A stretch of 64,000 nt of DNA from an uncultured Candidatus Saccharibacteria bacterium (lineage in GTDB: Bacteria; Patescibacteriota; Minisyncoccia; 2-02-FULL-40-12; GWA2-44-9). The translations under genes were made by a program, and so were the position numbers. Positions 37,724-47,960 of the stretch are shown here, piece after piece; the first letter of the stretch is position 1, and each line of letters opens with the position of its first letter. The notes under the pieces were generated by a model that was given only the letters and a program-made list of their open reading frames with translations, had not been told where the DNA came from and ran no database searches. Where the stretch lies: assembly GCA_964479835.1 (NCBI GenBank), contig CAYZRE010000001.1:31630-95629 (forward strand), written 5' to 3'.

Positions 37724-39220
37724 ATGACGGAATATCTCACGACAATCGGGCTCGAAGTACATGCGGAGCTGAACACGAAAACAAAGATGTTCTGCGACTG
37801 CGCCAACGACCCATTGGAGAAATCTCCCAACCTGAACATCTGTCCCATCTGTATGGGCCATCCCGGAACGCTCCCGGTTATCAATCGCGGCGCCGTCATG
37901 CGACTCATTGCGGCCGGTTTGGCGCTGGGGTGCAGTATCGAAAAACACTCATTCTTCGAGCGCAAGAATTATTTCTATCCCGACCTCCCCAAGGGCTATC
38001 AGATATCCCAGTTTCAGGTCCCATTTTGTCGGGAGGGCTCGTTGACCGTCAACGGAAAAAAAATTCGCATCGAGCGTATCCATCTGGAAGAGGATGCCGG
38101 AAAGCTGATACATGAGTCGGCAGGTGATGTAACGCTTGCCGATTACAACCGCGCCGGTGTTCCGCTCATGGAGTTGGTCACCCATCCCGACCTTACGCAA
38201 GCCGAAGAGGTGCGCCGGTTTGCCCAAGAGCTTCAACTCATTCTGCGTTACTTGCATGTGTCCGATGCTGACATGGAGAAAGGTCAGATGCGGGTTGAGG
38301 TTAATTTATCCCTACGGCCCAAAGGACAAAAAGAATATGGCACTAAAGTAGAGGTCAAAAATATCAATTCAATTTCTTCCGCCGCAAAGTCGGCCGATTA
38401 TGAAATAAAGAGACAGAGGGAGGTGCTTGAATCGGGCGGGACGCTCGTGCAGGAGACGCGAGGATGGGATGATGTGCATGACAAGACCGTGAGCCAACGA
38501 ATCAAAGAGGGGAGCGCCGACTACCGGTACTTCCCCGAACCCGACCTCCCGCCCATCGTATTTACCGATGAGGAGATAGAAGCCATCCGCGCATCGCTTC
38601 CGGAGCTTCCGGCGGCCCGTCGGGCGCGGTTTGGTCGCGAGTATGGCCTGCCCGAAGGCGATGTGGAAATTTTGACGGTGTTCAAAGAGTTGGGTGATTA
38701 TTTTGAAGAGGTTGTCTCGGAGTTGAAGGCAGAAGACGATCCCATTACGGGCGAGGCATTGAATGGTCTCGCTACGCGAGATCTCGCGAAGCGAGACAAA
38801 CTTTCAAAAGTAGCTGCCAACTGGCTTATCACGCAACTACAGCCGAAGCTCAATGCCGTCTCGGCAGTCCCCCAGGACACAAAAATTACTCCTGCGCTGT
38901 TCGCTGACTTTATCGTCCGTGTGGCGTCAGGACAGATTGGCAGTACCGCCGCACAAGTTGTATTGCAGGCGATGTGGGAGACGGGGGAAGACCCCGAAGA
39001 CATTATTAAATCAAAAGATCTCGCGCAGGTGTCGGATTCCGTATCGATGAATAGCTTTGTTGAGGACGCTATCGCCCAGAGCGAAAAAATCGTTGCCGAC
39101 TTCAAGAGCGGCAAGGAGCCGGCCCTCAAGGCGCTTGTCGGCAAGGTGATGGTGCTCTCCAAAGGCAAGGCGGACCCGCAGGTGGCCGAGCAGATGTTAC
39201 GGGATAAGCTGAGCTCGTAG
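37724..39220 (+). CDS. gatB: Asp-tRNA(Asn)/Glu-tRNA(Gln) amidotransferase subunit B
   Basis: MTEYLTTIGLEVHAELNTKTKMFCDC. 498 aa with the GatB/YqeY C-terminus. Confidence 0.9.
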   Translation: MTEYLTTIGLEVHAELNTKTKMFCDCANDPLEKSPNLNICPICMGHPGTLPVINRGAVMRLIAAGLALGCSIEKHSFFERKNYFYPDLPKGYQISQFQVPFCREGSLTVNGKKIRIERIHLEEDAGKLIHESAGDVTLADYNRAGVPLMELVTHPDLTQAEEVRRFAQELQLILRYLHVSDADMEKGQMRVEVNLSLRPKGQKEYGTKVEVKNINSISSAAKSADYEIKRQREVLESGGTLVQETRGWDDVHDKTVSQRIKEGSADYRYFPEPDLPPIVFTDEEIEAIRASLPELPAARRARFGREYGLPEGDVEILTVFKELGDYFEEVVSELKAEDDPITGEALNGLATRDLAKRDKLSKVAANWLITQLQPKLNAVSAVPQDTKITPALFADFIVRVASGQIGSTAAQVVLQAMWETGEDPEDIIKSKDLAQVSDSVSMNSFVEDAIAQSEKIVADFKSGKEPALKALVGKVMVLSKGKADPQVAEQMLRDKLSS

Positions 39221-39353
39221 GGTTTGTGGATAACACATATTGACGCGACAAGCGACCCGGAATAAGTTGTAGGTGGGTCTCAAGAGAAAGAAAGCCAACC
39301 GCAAGGGGAAGCTAGGGAGTGTGTAACAAAACTATATCGCTCTTGGGGCCTAC

Positions 39354-39388
39354 AAAATGAACCACCATCGGTGGCTCATTTTGTTTTT
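39354..39388. terminator. bidirectional hairpin terminator between gatB and miaA
   Basis: 13-bp stem AAAATGAACCACC/GGTGGCTCATTTT (one mismatch) with T-tracts on both sides. Confidence 0.5.
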
Positions 39389-40314
39389 CCGGCAGACTTC
39401 AAGAATTTGTTTACCAGCCTTCGGGCATGAGCAGTGTTTTTTATCCTGACAATGTCGGGATTCTTACGCCACCAGGTGAGTTGGCGTTTTGCGTAGGCGA
39501 TAATGTCGCGCAGGAGCCCGTCGCGCATCGCTACGAGGTTCAACCTCCTCTGCTGCCGAGGTTGAACCTCGGCAGACTGCAGATACTGCGCGACCCAGCG
39601 ATACTCGAGGCCCAACACTTCAAGGCGCTTCCATGAGACACCGCTTTTGTGTAGACGATGAACCTCAGCAAGCATGCCATGTTTAAGCCGGGCATCCAAC
39701 CGCTTCCGGATACGGAGTTTGAGTTGTGCCACAGGGAGCGAAATGCCCAGATATAACGGCTCATACGGTGAGCCGTTTATCCTTTTGGGCACCGGACGGC
39801 CGGTAGTAAGGACGATTTCCAGTGCACGGATGAGGCGGACAGGGTTGTGACGGTCGATGGTCGCAGCGCGGGCGGGGTCGAGCTTCTCAAGGCGCGCAAA
39901 GAGCTGTGCCGAGGACAGTTGCCGCAGCTTAGCGCGTAGTTTCGCATTTGGTCTCACTGCGGGCAGGGAGAGGTCATACACGAGCGCATCTATCCAAAAT
40001 CCCGTACCGCCACAGATGATGGGGAGTTTGCCACGACGCACGATATCTCGGACGGCCTTCTGCGCCTTGCGCTTAAAGCGGGCCACAGAATACTGACGGG
40101 TAGGGGAGGCGACATCTAACAGCCAATGACGCACCAGTTCCTGCTCGCGTTTTGTGACTTTGCCCGTGCCGATATCCATGCCACGGTACACCTGCCGTGA
40201 ATCGGCGGAGATGATTTCTCCATTGAATCTTCGGGCCAGCGCAATCGCTATATCAGATTTTCCTGAAGCGGTGGGGCCTGAAATCACTACTATCTTCACC
40301 TTATCGGACGCCAT
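39376..40314 (-). CDS. miaA: tRNA dimethylallyltransferase
   Basis: P-loop GPTASGKS, ADSRQVYRGMDIGTGK. Start chosen at the Met before the P-loop; overlaps the thrS stop by about 14 nt. Confidence 0.8.
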   Translation of the reverse strand: MASDKVKIVVISGPTASGKSDIAIALARRFNGEIISADSRQVYRGMDIGTGKVTKREQELVRHWLLDVASPTRQYSVARFKRKAQKAVRDIVRRGKLPIICGGTGFWIDALVYDLSLPAVRPNAKLRAKLRQLSSAQLFARLEKLDPARAATIDRHNPVRLIRALEIVLTTGRPVPKRINGSPYEPLYLGISLPVAQLKLRIRKRLDARLKHGMLAEVHRLHKSGVSWKRLEVLGLEYRWVAQYLQSAEVQPRQQRRLNLVAMRDGLLRDIIAYAKRQLTWWRKNPDIVRIKNTAHARRLVNKFLKSAGKTK

Positions 40315-42049
40315 CCGATTTCGCCGCGATTTCTTTTTTGAGATTCGAGATGAACTGGTCAAGCGACATCTGTCCCAAGTCCTCGCCGCCGCGTTTGCGT
40401 ACCGACACAACCCCTGCGGCGATGTCTTTGTCGCCCAGTATCACGGCGTAGGGAACTTTCATCGTCTCGGTAGCGCGGATCTTCTTTCCGATGGTCTCTT
40501 TTGCGTCATCCACCTGAACGCGGATACCCGCAAGCAGCAGCTCGGGGAGCAGTGCATGCGCGGCGTCGCTATGTTTATCGGAGATGGGAAGTACTGCCAC
40601 CTGAACAGGGGACAGCCATAACGGAAGTGCGCCTGCGGTGTGCTCGATGAGCACTGCCATAAACCGCTCGAGGGAGCCCATAATGGCCGCATGAATCATT
40701 ACGATGCGCTCCTTCTCTGCTTTTTCGTTGGTGCAGGTGAGGTCAAAGCGCTCCGGCATGTTCATGTCGAGCTGAATCGTGGCAACCTGATGCTCGCGCC
40801 CGATGGCGTCGCGCCCCATGAAATCAAGTTTCGGACCGTAGAACGCAGCCTCACCAAGGCCGTCGATAGCATCAATATTTTTGTCGGAAACAATGGAGTG
40901 AAGTATCTCTTCAGCAGCTTCCCAATTAGCGGCGTTACCCAGATATTTCTCCGGCTGTGCAGGGTCGCGCAGAGACAACCGCACGCGCAGGGGGATACTA
41001 AACGCACCGTAGAATTCGTGAATGATATCCCATATCTTGAGGGCTTCCTCTTTCACCTGACTCATACGGCAAAACACATGGGCATCGTCCTGTGTGATTG
41101 AGCGTACGCGTGTAATGCCGGCGAGTTCGCCGGACTGTTCGTCGCGGTACACCATGGTTGTGTTTGCGTATCGCTGGGGAAGCTCGCGGTAGCTGTGAGG
41201 ACGGCGTGCGTAGATTTGTGCGTGGTGCGGGCAGTTCATGGGCTTCATGGCAAACTCATGCCCCTCGCGCGTGGTGATGCGGAACAGGTCATCTTTGTAT
41301 TTTTCCCAGTGGCCACTTTTCTCGTATAGCTCTTTTTTCGTGATGTGCGGGATTTCGACGCGCTCGTATCCGCGGGCGCGGCGCAATGACCAGACGAAAT
41401 CGTCCAGTAAGTTGCGTACCAGGGTGCCACGGGGAGTCCACAGCGGCAGACCGGAGCCGACCAATTCGGAGAAGGTAAACAGGTCGAGTTGGAGACCCAG
41501 CACTTTGTGGTCGCGCTTTTTTGCCTCCTCTATCATGGTGACATGCGCGTTCAGCGCTTCGGCGGTCTCAAACGCATAGCCGTAGATGCGGGTGAGCATG
41601 GTGTTCTTCTCGTCGCCCCGCCAATACGCGCCGGCAACCTTATCGAGCTTGAACGATGCTGGGTCGATAGAGGATGGGTCGTCGACATGACCTCCGCGGC
41701 ATAGGTCGGTGAAGTCTCCCGAGGTGTACAGCGTTATTTTTTCGCCTTTGGCGGCAATCTCTTCAATCAGTTCGAGCTTGTAGGGGTTGCCGTTGAAAAG
41801 CGAGCGTGCCTGGTCGGCCGACACCTCTTTGTGTAAAAAGGATTTCCAGGAGGGCAGTAGTTTCTTCATGGTCGCTTCGATGCGGGTCAAATCCTCGTCG
41901 CTGATGGGTTTGGAGAATTCGAAATCGTAGTAAAAACCGGTGTCGATGGCGGGTCCGATAGTGGGCTTTGCGTCCGGGTGCAACTCCGTAACAGCCGCGG
42001 CGAGCAGGTGGGCCAACGAGTGACGGATGTGTTCGATGTTCTGTGCCAT
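40301..42049 (-). CDS. thrS: threonyl-tRNA synthetase (lacks N-terminal TGS domain)
   Basis: Class II motifs, editing-domain HxxxH (IRHSLAHLLA), anticodon-binding C-terminus. 582 aa. Confidence 0.9.
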   Translation of the reverse strand: MAQNIEHIRHSLAHLLAAAVTELHPDAKPTIGPAIDTGFYYDFEFSKPISDEDLTRIEATMKKLLPSWKSFLHKEVSADQARSLFNGNPYKLELIEEIAAKGEKITLYTSGDFTDLCRGGHVDDPSSIDPASFKLDKVAGAYWRGDEKNTMLTRIYGYAFETAEALNAHVTMIEEAKKRDHKVLGLQLDLFTFSELVGSGLPLWTPRGTLVRNLLDDFVWSLRRARGYERVEIPHITKKELYEKSGHWEKYKDDLFRITTREGHEFAMKPMNCPHHAQIYARRPHSYRELPQRYANTTMVYRDEQSGELAGITRVRSITQDDAHVFCRMSQVKEEALKIWDIIHEFYGAFSIPLRVRLSLRDPAQPEKYLGNAANWEAAEEILHSIVSDKNIDAIDGLGEAAFYGPKLDFMGRDAIGREHQVATIQLDMNMPERFDLTCTNEKAEKERIVMIHAAIMGSLERFMAVLIEHTAGALPLWLSPVQVAVLPISDKHSDAAHALLPELLLAGIRVQVDDAKETIGKKIRATETMKVPYAVILGDKDIAAGVVSVRKRGGEDLGQMSLDQFISNLKKEIAAKSDGVR

Positions 42050-42182
42050 AGGCGCAGAATATCAGATATTACGGCCCTCGCAAAGACTCCTTGACAAAAG
42101 CATTTAACCCGTGATATTATTGAGACTCAAGGCCGCCACTCACGTGCCATGAGAGGCAGGGCCATTAATGATATCTGACAGA

Positions 42183-42233
42183 GGAGGACACTAGGAATGG
42201 CGCCATTGCTTCCGAACAGTCCACCGGGCTAAC
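42183..42233 (+). other. candidate mini-ORF (11 aa, MAPLLPNSPPG) with strong RBS
   Basis: GAGGAGG, 8-nt spacer, ATG at 42198, TAA at 42231, followed 5 nt later by a strong terminator. Confidence 0.2.
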
Positions 42234-42238
42234 AACGA

Positions 42239-42274
42239 CGGGGAGCGCTGAGGTCAGCGCTCCCCGTTTTCTTA
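42239..42274 (+). terminator. strong intrinsic terminator (plus-strand orientation) in the thrS-dnaE intergenic region
   Basis: 13-bp stem ACGGGGAGCGCTG/CAGCGCTCCCCGT followed by TTTTCTT. Confidence 0.5.
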
Positions 42275-45200
42275 TGCAACGATGGCGATTGGCTTCGCGG
42301 TGTCACAGAGCAGTTTGAGGTTACCGTCGCGGTTATCGAGTTTGCCGGACAACACGACCACCGTGTTGGGGGCCCAAGCGTTCGGGGACTTCTCCAGTAC
42401 GGAAGGGAAGACGACCACTTCAATTTTCGCCGTGATGTCTTCGATGATTGAGAACAGCATCGGTTTGCCGGTTTTGGTGAGGATTTTCTTTGTACTGGTG
42501 ATAAGACCGGCGATTTTTGCCTGCGAGCCGGGGATTGGCTTGAGATCTTTGATGGCCGTCGGCCGCTCAAGAGCAAGGCGTGCTTGATATTCGCTTAATG
42601 GATGTTCGCTGATGTACAGACCAATGAGTTCTTTTTCCCACCGGAGACGGTCGGCTTTCGCTGCGGGCTCAGCGGGCGTCAGTTTCACGGGCGGCAGTTC
42701 TGCTTGCATGGCCTCCCCGAATAGACTGACCTGTCCCATTGTGGAGTGTCTTTGCTTTTCTTTTGCGTGAATGAGGAGGGTCTCGATATTCGCCAGCAGT
42801 GTATTGCGTTCACCCATACTGTCGAGTGCGCCGCATTTTGCGAGCGTCTCCAGCGCTTTGCGGGACATGTCTTTATGCTGGACGCGGACAATTAAATCTT
42901 CGATGTCCGCGAATGGTCCGTTGGTGCGACGCTCTTGGATGATGGCACCGACCACGGACGCGCCGATATTCTTGACGGCAGTGAGCCCGAACCGTAGTGA
43001 TGGCTTTTCCGCTGTGCCGATGACGGTGAACCGCTCGGCACTTTCGTTGATGTCGGGGGGTAACACCTGAATATCCATCTGCCGCGCTTCATCTATGAGA
43101 AACGCAACGCGTTCAATGTCGCCGGTTTCCGAATTCATGAATGACGCCATGAATTCGTTCGGATAGTTTGCTTTCAGATACGCAGTCTGGTACGCAATCA
43201 TGCCATAGCAAGCCGCATGTGCTCGGTTGAATCCATAACTGGCGAACGGTTCTATGAAATTCCACACCTGTTCTGCGAGTGCGCGCGAGTGTCCGATAGT
43301 GACCGCGCCCTGACAGAATTTTTCTTTTTGTTCGTCCAAAAGTGACCGTATCTTTTTGCCCACTGCTTTACGCAGGATGTCTGCTTCTGCATAGGTGAAT
43401 CCGGCGAATGTGCGGGCAACCTGGAGCACCTGGTCCTGAGTAACGATAACTCCGTAGGAATCTTTTAGAACGGGCTCCAGAGAAGGGTGCAGGTAGGTGA
43501 CGCGCTTACGGCCGTGCTTGGCGTCAATGAAATCAGGAATGGCGTCCATCGGACCCGGTCGGTACAGCGCGACCATAGAGAGGATGTCTTCAAACTCCGT
43601 GGGTTTGAGTTCTTTGAGGTACCGCTTCATGCCGGACGATTCCAATTGGAACACGCCCGTGGTCTGTGCTTTCTGCAGGAGCTCGAATGCCTTGGGGTCA
43701 TCCATCGGGATAGTATCTATATCAATCGAGACGCCGAGGTTGGACCGGACCATGTTCACGGTATCCTCAATGATGGTGAGGTTGGAGAGACCCAAGAAAT
43801 CCATCTTCAACAATCCCAAGTCTTCGACCGCGTGCATTTCGTACTGGGTGATGATGTCGTTCTCGTTCGTGCCCATCTGAAGCGGCACATATTCGGTAAG
43901 TGGTTGTGGCGTGATGACCACCGCGCAGGCGTGCGTGGACGCGTGTCTCGCCACGCCTTCGAGTTTGCATGCCGCGTCGATGAGTGCTTTTGCCTGGGTG
44001 TCGGTGTGGTAGAGCCGAGTGACCTCTTCAACATTCTCCACGCAGTACTGGAGAAACGGTTTGCCGGTGCGCTTACCCGGATAGTCGGGAATAGGACCGG
44101 CCGGGATAATCTTGGCGATGGAATCACAGAAATCATAGGTGTATCCCAGAGCGCGGCCGGCATCACGGATACTGCCCCGGGCGGCCATGGTGCCGAAGGT
44201 AATGACTTGGGCGACATGATCTTTGCCGTACTTGTCTACAACATACTGGAGCACTTCGCCGCGCCGCGCATCGGCGAAATCAAGGTCAATATCCGGCATA
44301 CTGATGCGCTCGGGGTTCAGAAAGCGTTCAAAAATAAGATTGTATTTGATGGGGTCAACATTCGTGATGTTCAGGGCGTAGGTCACGAGACTTCCGGCGG
44401 CAGAACCTCTGCCCGGACCGACTAAGATACCCTGTTGCTTTGCCCAGTTCACGAAATCTTGGACGATAAGGAAGTAAGACGAAAAGCCCGTCTCTTTGAT
44501 AACTCCCAGTTCGTAGTCCAACCGTTCAGTGATACTTGGCGCAAGTTTCTTTCCGTATCTTCGTTGTGCGCCCTCGTATGCCAGGACTTTGAGATAATCA
44601 TACGCGTCCCTGTAGCCCTTGGGCAGCGCATACGGCGGCAGTTTTGTTTTCCCCAACTCAATAACCAGATTACAGCGATCGGCGATGGCGGTCGTATTCG
44701 CGAATGCCTCGGTAGTCACATCCGCCGGCAGAGAAGCGAACTTTTCTCGCATGGTCTCTTCGGAGCAGAAGGAAAAATCATCCTGATTCATGGAGAACCG
44801 CTTTTCATCGTGAATCGTGTTGCCCGTCTGCACCGCAAGCAGAATGTCGTGCGCTTTGGCATCTTCGGGGAGGCAGTAGTGTGAATCTTGACTCGCGACA
44901 AGTCCGATGCCCAGCTCGCGGGCGAGTGCGACGAGCTTGGGCGTCATCTCGTTTTGCTCCGGCATGTTGGTGTGCTGCTGCAGTTCAATGTAGAAGTTGT
45001 CGGGCCCCATGATATCGCGGTACTCGGACGCTATGCGACGAGCTTTCTCGTCAGCACCTGCCGCCAGCGCGCGCGATATCTCTCCGCCAAGACAACTTGA
45101 TAACGCGATGAGACCCTCGTGGTGTTCGCGCAGAAGTTGTTTGTCGATGCGCGGCTTGTAGTAGAACCCTTCCAGATGCGCCGCGGTGACGAGTTTCACG

Positions 45201-45532
45201 AGATTACGGTACCCGGTTTCATCTTTGGCTAACAGGATGAGATGCCAGCGTTTGTCGGTATCAATACCGGGGCGTTTGTCATGTCGCGTCGTGTCGGTGA
45301 TGTACATCTCGCACCCGATGATGGGCTTGATGCCGGCCTTCGTCGCTTTTTTATAAAATTCGATGGCACCATAGAGCACGCCGTGATCGGTCAGCGCCAT
45401 GGCGGTCATGCCGTGCTCTTTCGCGCGCTTTACCAGTGCATCGATTTTTGAGAGCCCATCCAAAAGCGAGTAGTGCGAATGCGTGTGCAGATGAACGAAT
45501 GGTGAGGTGGGCATGTCGATCAGGTGAAACAA
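42272..45532 (-). CDS. dnaE: DNA polymerase III alpha subunit
   Basis: N-terminal PHP domain HLHTHSHYSLLDG; 1086 aa. Confidence 0.95.
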   Translation of the reverse strand: MFHLIDMPTSPFVHLHTHSHYSLLDGLSKIDALVKRAKEHGMTAMALTDHGVLYGAIEFYKKATKAGIKPIIGCEMYITDTTRHDKRPGIDTDKRWHLILLAKDETGYRNLVKLVTAAHLEGFYYKPRIDKQLLREHHEGLIALSSCLGGEISRALAAGADEKARRIASEYRDIMGPDNFYIELQQHTNMPEQNEMTPKLVALARELGIGLVASQDSHYCLPEDAKAHDILLAVQTGNTIHDEKRFSMNQDDFSFCSEETMREKFASLPADVTTEAFANTTAIADRCNLVIELGKTKLPPYALPKGYRDAYDYLKVLAYEGAQRRYGKKLAPSITERLDYELGVIKETGFSSYFLIVQDFVNWAKQQGILVGPGRGSAAGSLVTYALNITNVDPIKYNLIFERFLNPERISMPDIDLDFADARRGEVLQYVVDKYGKDHVAQVITFGTMAARGSIRDAGRALGYTYDFCDSIAKIIPAGPIPDYPGKRTGKPFLQYCVENVEEVTRLYHTDTQAKALIDAACKLEGVARHASTHACAVVITPQPLTEYVPLQMGTNENDIITQYEMHAVEDLGLLKMDFLGLSNLTIIEDTVNMVRSNLGVSIDIDTIPMDDPKAFELLQKAQTTGVFQLESSGMKRYLKELKPTEFEDILSMVALYRPGPMDAIPDFIDAKHGRKRVTYLHPSLEPVLKDSYGVIVTQDQVLQVARTFAGFTYAEADILRKAVGKKIRSLLDEQKEKFCQGAVTIGHSRALAEQVWNFIEPFASYGFNRAHAACYGMIAYQTAYLKANYPNEFMASFMNSETGDIERVAFLIDEARQMDIQVLPPDINESAERFTVIGTAEKPSLRFGLTAVKNIGASVVGAIIQERRTNGPFADIEDLIVRVQHKDMSRKALETLAKCGALDSMGERNTLLANIETLLIHAKEKQRHSTMGQVSLFGEAMQAELPPVKLTPAEPAAKADRLRWEKELIGLYISEHPLSEYQARLALERPTAIKDLKPIPGSQAKIAGLITSTKKILTKTGKPMLFSIIEDITAKIEVVVFPSVLEKSPNAWAPNTVVVLSGKLDNRDGNLKLLCDTAKPIAIVA

Positions 45533-45687
45533 AATCCCTGCGGGCAGGGAATAACAAATTTGCAGGGGCGGCGGACCATGGAGGCATTGTAGTCCTATGT
45601 GGGGCAGGTCTCAATGTGGATAGTTTTTCGTCGCCGCGACGTCCTGTCGAGGACTACAATTGAGGCTATTGCATCGCGTCTTTTTTT

Positions 45688-45716
45688 GTGGTATTCTCAT
45701 CCGGCAGTTTTGCCCA
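45688..45716 (+). promoter_or_regulatory. putative promoter for rpmF
   Basis: TTGCAT-17 nt-TATTCT. Confidence 0.3.
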
Positions 45717-45768
45717 CGGGGGCGTACTAATATATACTGAAAACGACATGGGAGTTCCACGACACCAT

Positions 45769-45969
45769 ATGGCCAAGGGAAAGCAGCTGCGCCGTCGCAG
45801 CCACTTGGCGTTGAAAAAGCAGGTACTTATCGCCTGCAAGCAGTGCAAAAAGATGGGCAGACCGCACACGGTGTGCAAGTACTGCGGATACTACAAGGGT
45901 CGCGAGGTGGTCAATGTGCTGGCGAAGCAGATGAAGAAGGCAGAGAAGAAGAAGCATCAGGCGAAATAG
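45769..45969 (+). CDS. rpmF: 50S ribosomal protein L32 (with Lys-rich C-terminal extension)
   Basis: MAKGKQLRRRSHLALKK...CKQC...CKYCGYYKG zinc ribbon. Confidence 0.8.
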   Translation: MAKGKQLRRRSHLALKKQVLIACKQCKKMGRPHTVCKYCGYYKGREVVNVLAKQMKKAEKKKHQAK

Positions 45970-46013
45970 GTTCGAGATCGGTTTGTGAGGAGGGTCGGTT
46001 CCTTATTTAACTT

Positions 46014-46505
46014 ATGGCATCAAGACATCTGGCACGGTCGGTTGCGATGCAGTCCCTCTATGAGTGGGACTTCAAAAGTCGCAATAACGACCTGCTACCT
46101 GAAATCCTTGGGCATACGATTAAGGAGTTCGGCGAAGGGCTCGATGAGCCAGAATTCGTCGTCCAACTGGTGAAGGGGACGCTGGACCATGTTGATGAGA
46201 TTGACCGTATCATCGAGCGTGCCGCCCCGCAGTGGCCCATTGACCAGATTGCTATGGTTGACCGCAATGTACTGCGTCTCGGACTCTTTGAGCTGATGTG
46301 GGGCGATCGCGACGCGGTTCCGCCCAAGGTTGCCATCAATGAGGCCATCGAGCTGGCAAAATCATTCGGTGGCGAGTCCAGCGGCAGGTTCATCAATGGA
46401 GTGCTTGGAACCGTGTACAAAGAAATGGGTGAACCGGGCAAAGACGATGCTCCACCGCGCAAAAAGGAAGAAGAAAAGCCCCTAGAACTTTCAGAAGAAT
46501 CATAA
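46014..46505 (+). CDS. nusB: transcription antitermination factor NusB
   Basis: ARxxAxQxLY motif ([17 protein letters not shown]); about 160 aa. Confidence 0.8.
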   Translation: MASRHLARSVAMQSLYEWDFKSRNNDLLPEILGHTIKEFGEGLDEPEFVVQLVKGTLDHVDEIDRIIERAAPQWPIDQIAMVDRNVLRLGLFELMWGDRDAVPPKVAINEAIELAKSFGGESSGRFINGVLGTVYKEMGEPGKDDAPPRKKEEEKPLELSEES

Positions 46506-46572
46506 TCACTTGGCCATAGACCAAGCATGGAGGCGATGCCGCCGTGCGTGATGTGTGGCTGGGCGTCACGAG

Positions 46573-47274
46573 ATGTCGAGTCAGAAGCTGGCGCCTCTTC
46601 AGGAGCGCATCGGATATTCGTTTAAAAACTCCAAACTGTTGGAGCAAGCATTGACGCACCGCTCGTATCTCAACGAGCATCCCGACTGGCCCATCGGCCA
46701 CAACGAACGACTGGAATTTTTGGGAGATGCGGTGTTGGAACTTATCGTCACTGATTATCTGTACGAGAACTATCCGACGAACCCGGAAGGGGAAATGACC
46801 AACTGGCGCGCCGCGCTGGTGAACGCCAATATTCTCTCGGAAATTACCGCGGATTTCGGACTCAACGACTTTATGTTGCTTTCACGCGGAGAAGCTCGCG
46901 ACATGGGACGGGCACGGCAGTATATTCTGGCGAATGCCATCGAGGCGCTCATCGGCGCGATGTACCTCGACGGCGGGTACGAGCCCTGCAAAGCATTTGT
47001 CACTAAATTTGTGCTCGTCCGTCTTGCCGATATTATCTCAAAAAAGTCATACCGCGATTCGAAATCGCTCCTGCAGGAACAGGCGCAAGACCGCATCGGC
47101 GTGACACCAACCTACCGAGTGACCGAAGAGTGGGGGCCAGACCATGCCCGGCAGTTCAAAATCGGTGTGTATCTGGGCAAGGAACATGTGGGCGAGGGAC
47201 AGGGCGAGAGTAAACAAGATGCGCAACAGGCGGCGGCTGAAGACGCTCTGCGCAACAAGGGTTGGAGGGGATAA
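46573..47274 (+). CDS. rnc: ribonuclease III
   Basis: Signature ERLEFLGDAVLELIVTDYLY; C-terminal dsRBD. Confidence 0.85.
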   Translation: MSSQKLAPLQERIGYSFKNSKLLEQALTHRSYLNEHPDWPIGHNERLEFLGDAVLELIVTDYLYENYPTNPEGEMTNWRAALVNANILSEITADFGLNDFMLLSRGEARDMGRARQYILANAIEALIGAMYLDGGYEPCKAFVTKFVLVRLADIISKKSYRDSKSLLQEQAQDRIGVTPTYRVTEEWGPDHARQFKIGVYLGKEHVGEGQGESKQDAQQAAAEDALRNKGWRG

Positions 47275-47285
47275 CTTATATATAA

Positions 47286-47657
47286 ATGGATACAATACCA
47301 ACTCCGATTTCCAACAATGACCCGCAACCCATAGAAGCAAGGTCGGGCTATTCTCGCTCGCGCATGTTTGCAATTGTGCTTCTTATTGCTCAATTATTCC
47401 TGATAGTACTATCAGCTTTGTTGGTGACCAGTGGACGAGGGCTACTCACGCTAGCCACCAGCTTCCTCATGACTCCTGTTACGCTGCTCGGGATTATTCT
47501 CTCCATTCGACTTATTGTAAAAGTAAGAGAAAGTCGCCTCCTCGGCTATGCCCTCCTGGTGCTATTTATTGCATTCTATTGGTATCAGTACGACATCGAG
47601 CATCTCCTTGTTGCCCAGTGGGATAACTATTATGAAAGCAGAACGAGGAGTTACTAA
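47286..47657 (+). CDS. hypothetical membrane protein (123 aa)
   Basis: Three TM helices. Confidence 0.4.
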   Translation: MDTIPTPISNNDPQPIEARSGYSRSRMFAIVLLIAQLFLIVLSALLVTSGRGLLTLATSFLMTPVTLLGIILSIRLIVKVRESRLLGYALLVLFIAFYWYQYDIEHLLVAQWDNYYESRTRSY

Positions 47658-47687
47658 AGAAAACGCCGCCCTCTTTCGGGGGCGGCG
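47655..47687 (-). terminator. intrinsic terminator (minus orientation)
   Basis: CGCCGCCC...GGGGGCGGCG 8-bp stem followed on the minus strand by TTTTCTTT. Confidence 0.45.
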
Positions 47688-47693
47688 GTGGCG

Positions 47694-47960
47694 TTAGCGC
47701 CATTGCATGGTCAGGTCGGCGATGAGGCTGGTGTGGATGGAGACGATGATGGTCTTTTCCGGCGACTCCCACAGTAGAGTGACCACCTCGTCCCCGAACT
47801 TTAGCCGCGTCGGCGGCTTGAGTGCCAGGGTGGTCTCTCCGCCGATGTTGTCGATATGGTCGATGACATCGAAGGGGAAGATCCCACCGATGTTGCCGGG
47901 CCTCCAGCCACGGTCGTCCACGAGCTGGAGCGGCTTGGTGAACTTGATGAGGACCAGCAT
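47694..47960 (-). CDS. hypothetical small protein (88 aa), second gene of a coupled pair
   Basis: Protein-like composition. Start ATG overlaps the stop of the upstream ORF (TAATG). The upstream part of ORF 47694..48251 was judged an alternative-frame artefact. Confidence 0.35.
   Translation of the reverse strand: MLVLIKFTKPLQLVDDRGWRPGNIGGIFPFDVIDHIDNIGGETTLALKPPTRLKFGDEVVTLLWESPEKTIIVSIHTSLIADLTMQWR

Noticed and set aside
42050-42236. Possible T-box or ThrRS-operator leader upstream of thrS
   Set aside because: No T-box consensus (AATTAGGGTGGTACCGCG-like) and no anticodon-arm mimic with a Thr anticodon was found. The leader appears short or absent.
43487-44425. 312-aa plus-strand ORF inside dnaE
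   Set aside because: Antisense to dnaE, with an Arg/Gly/His-rich artefactual composition.
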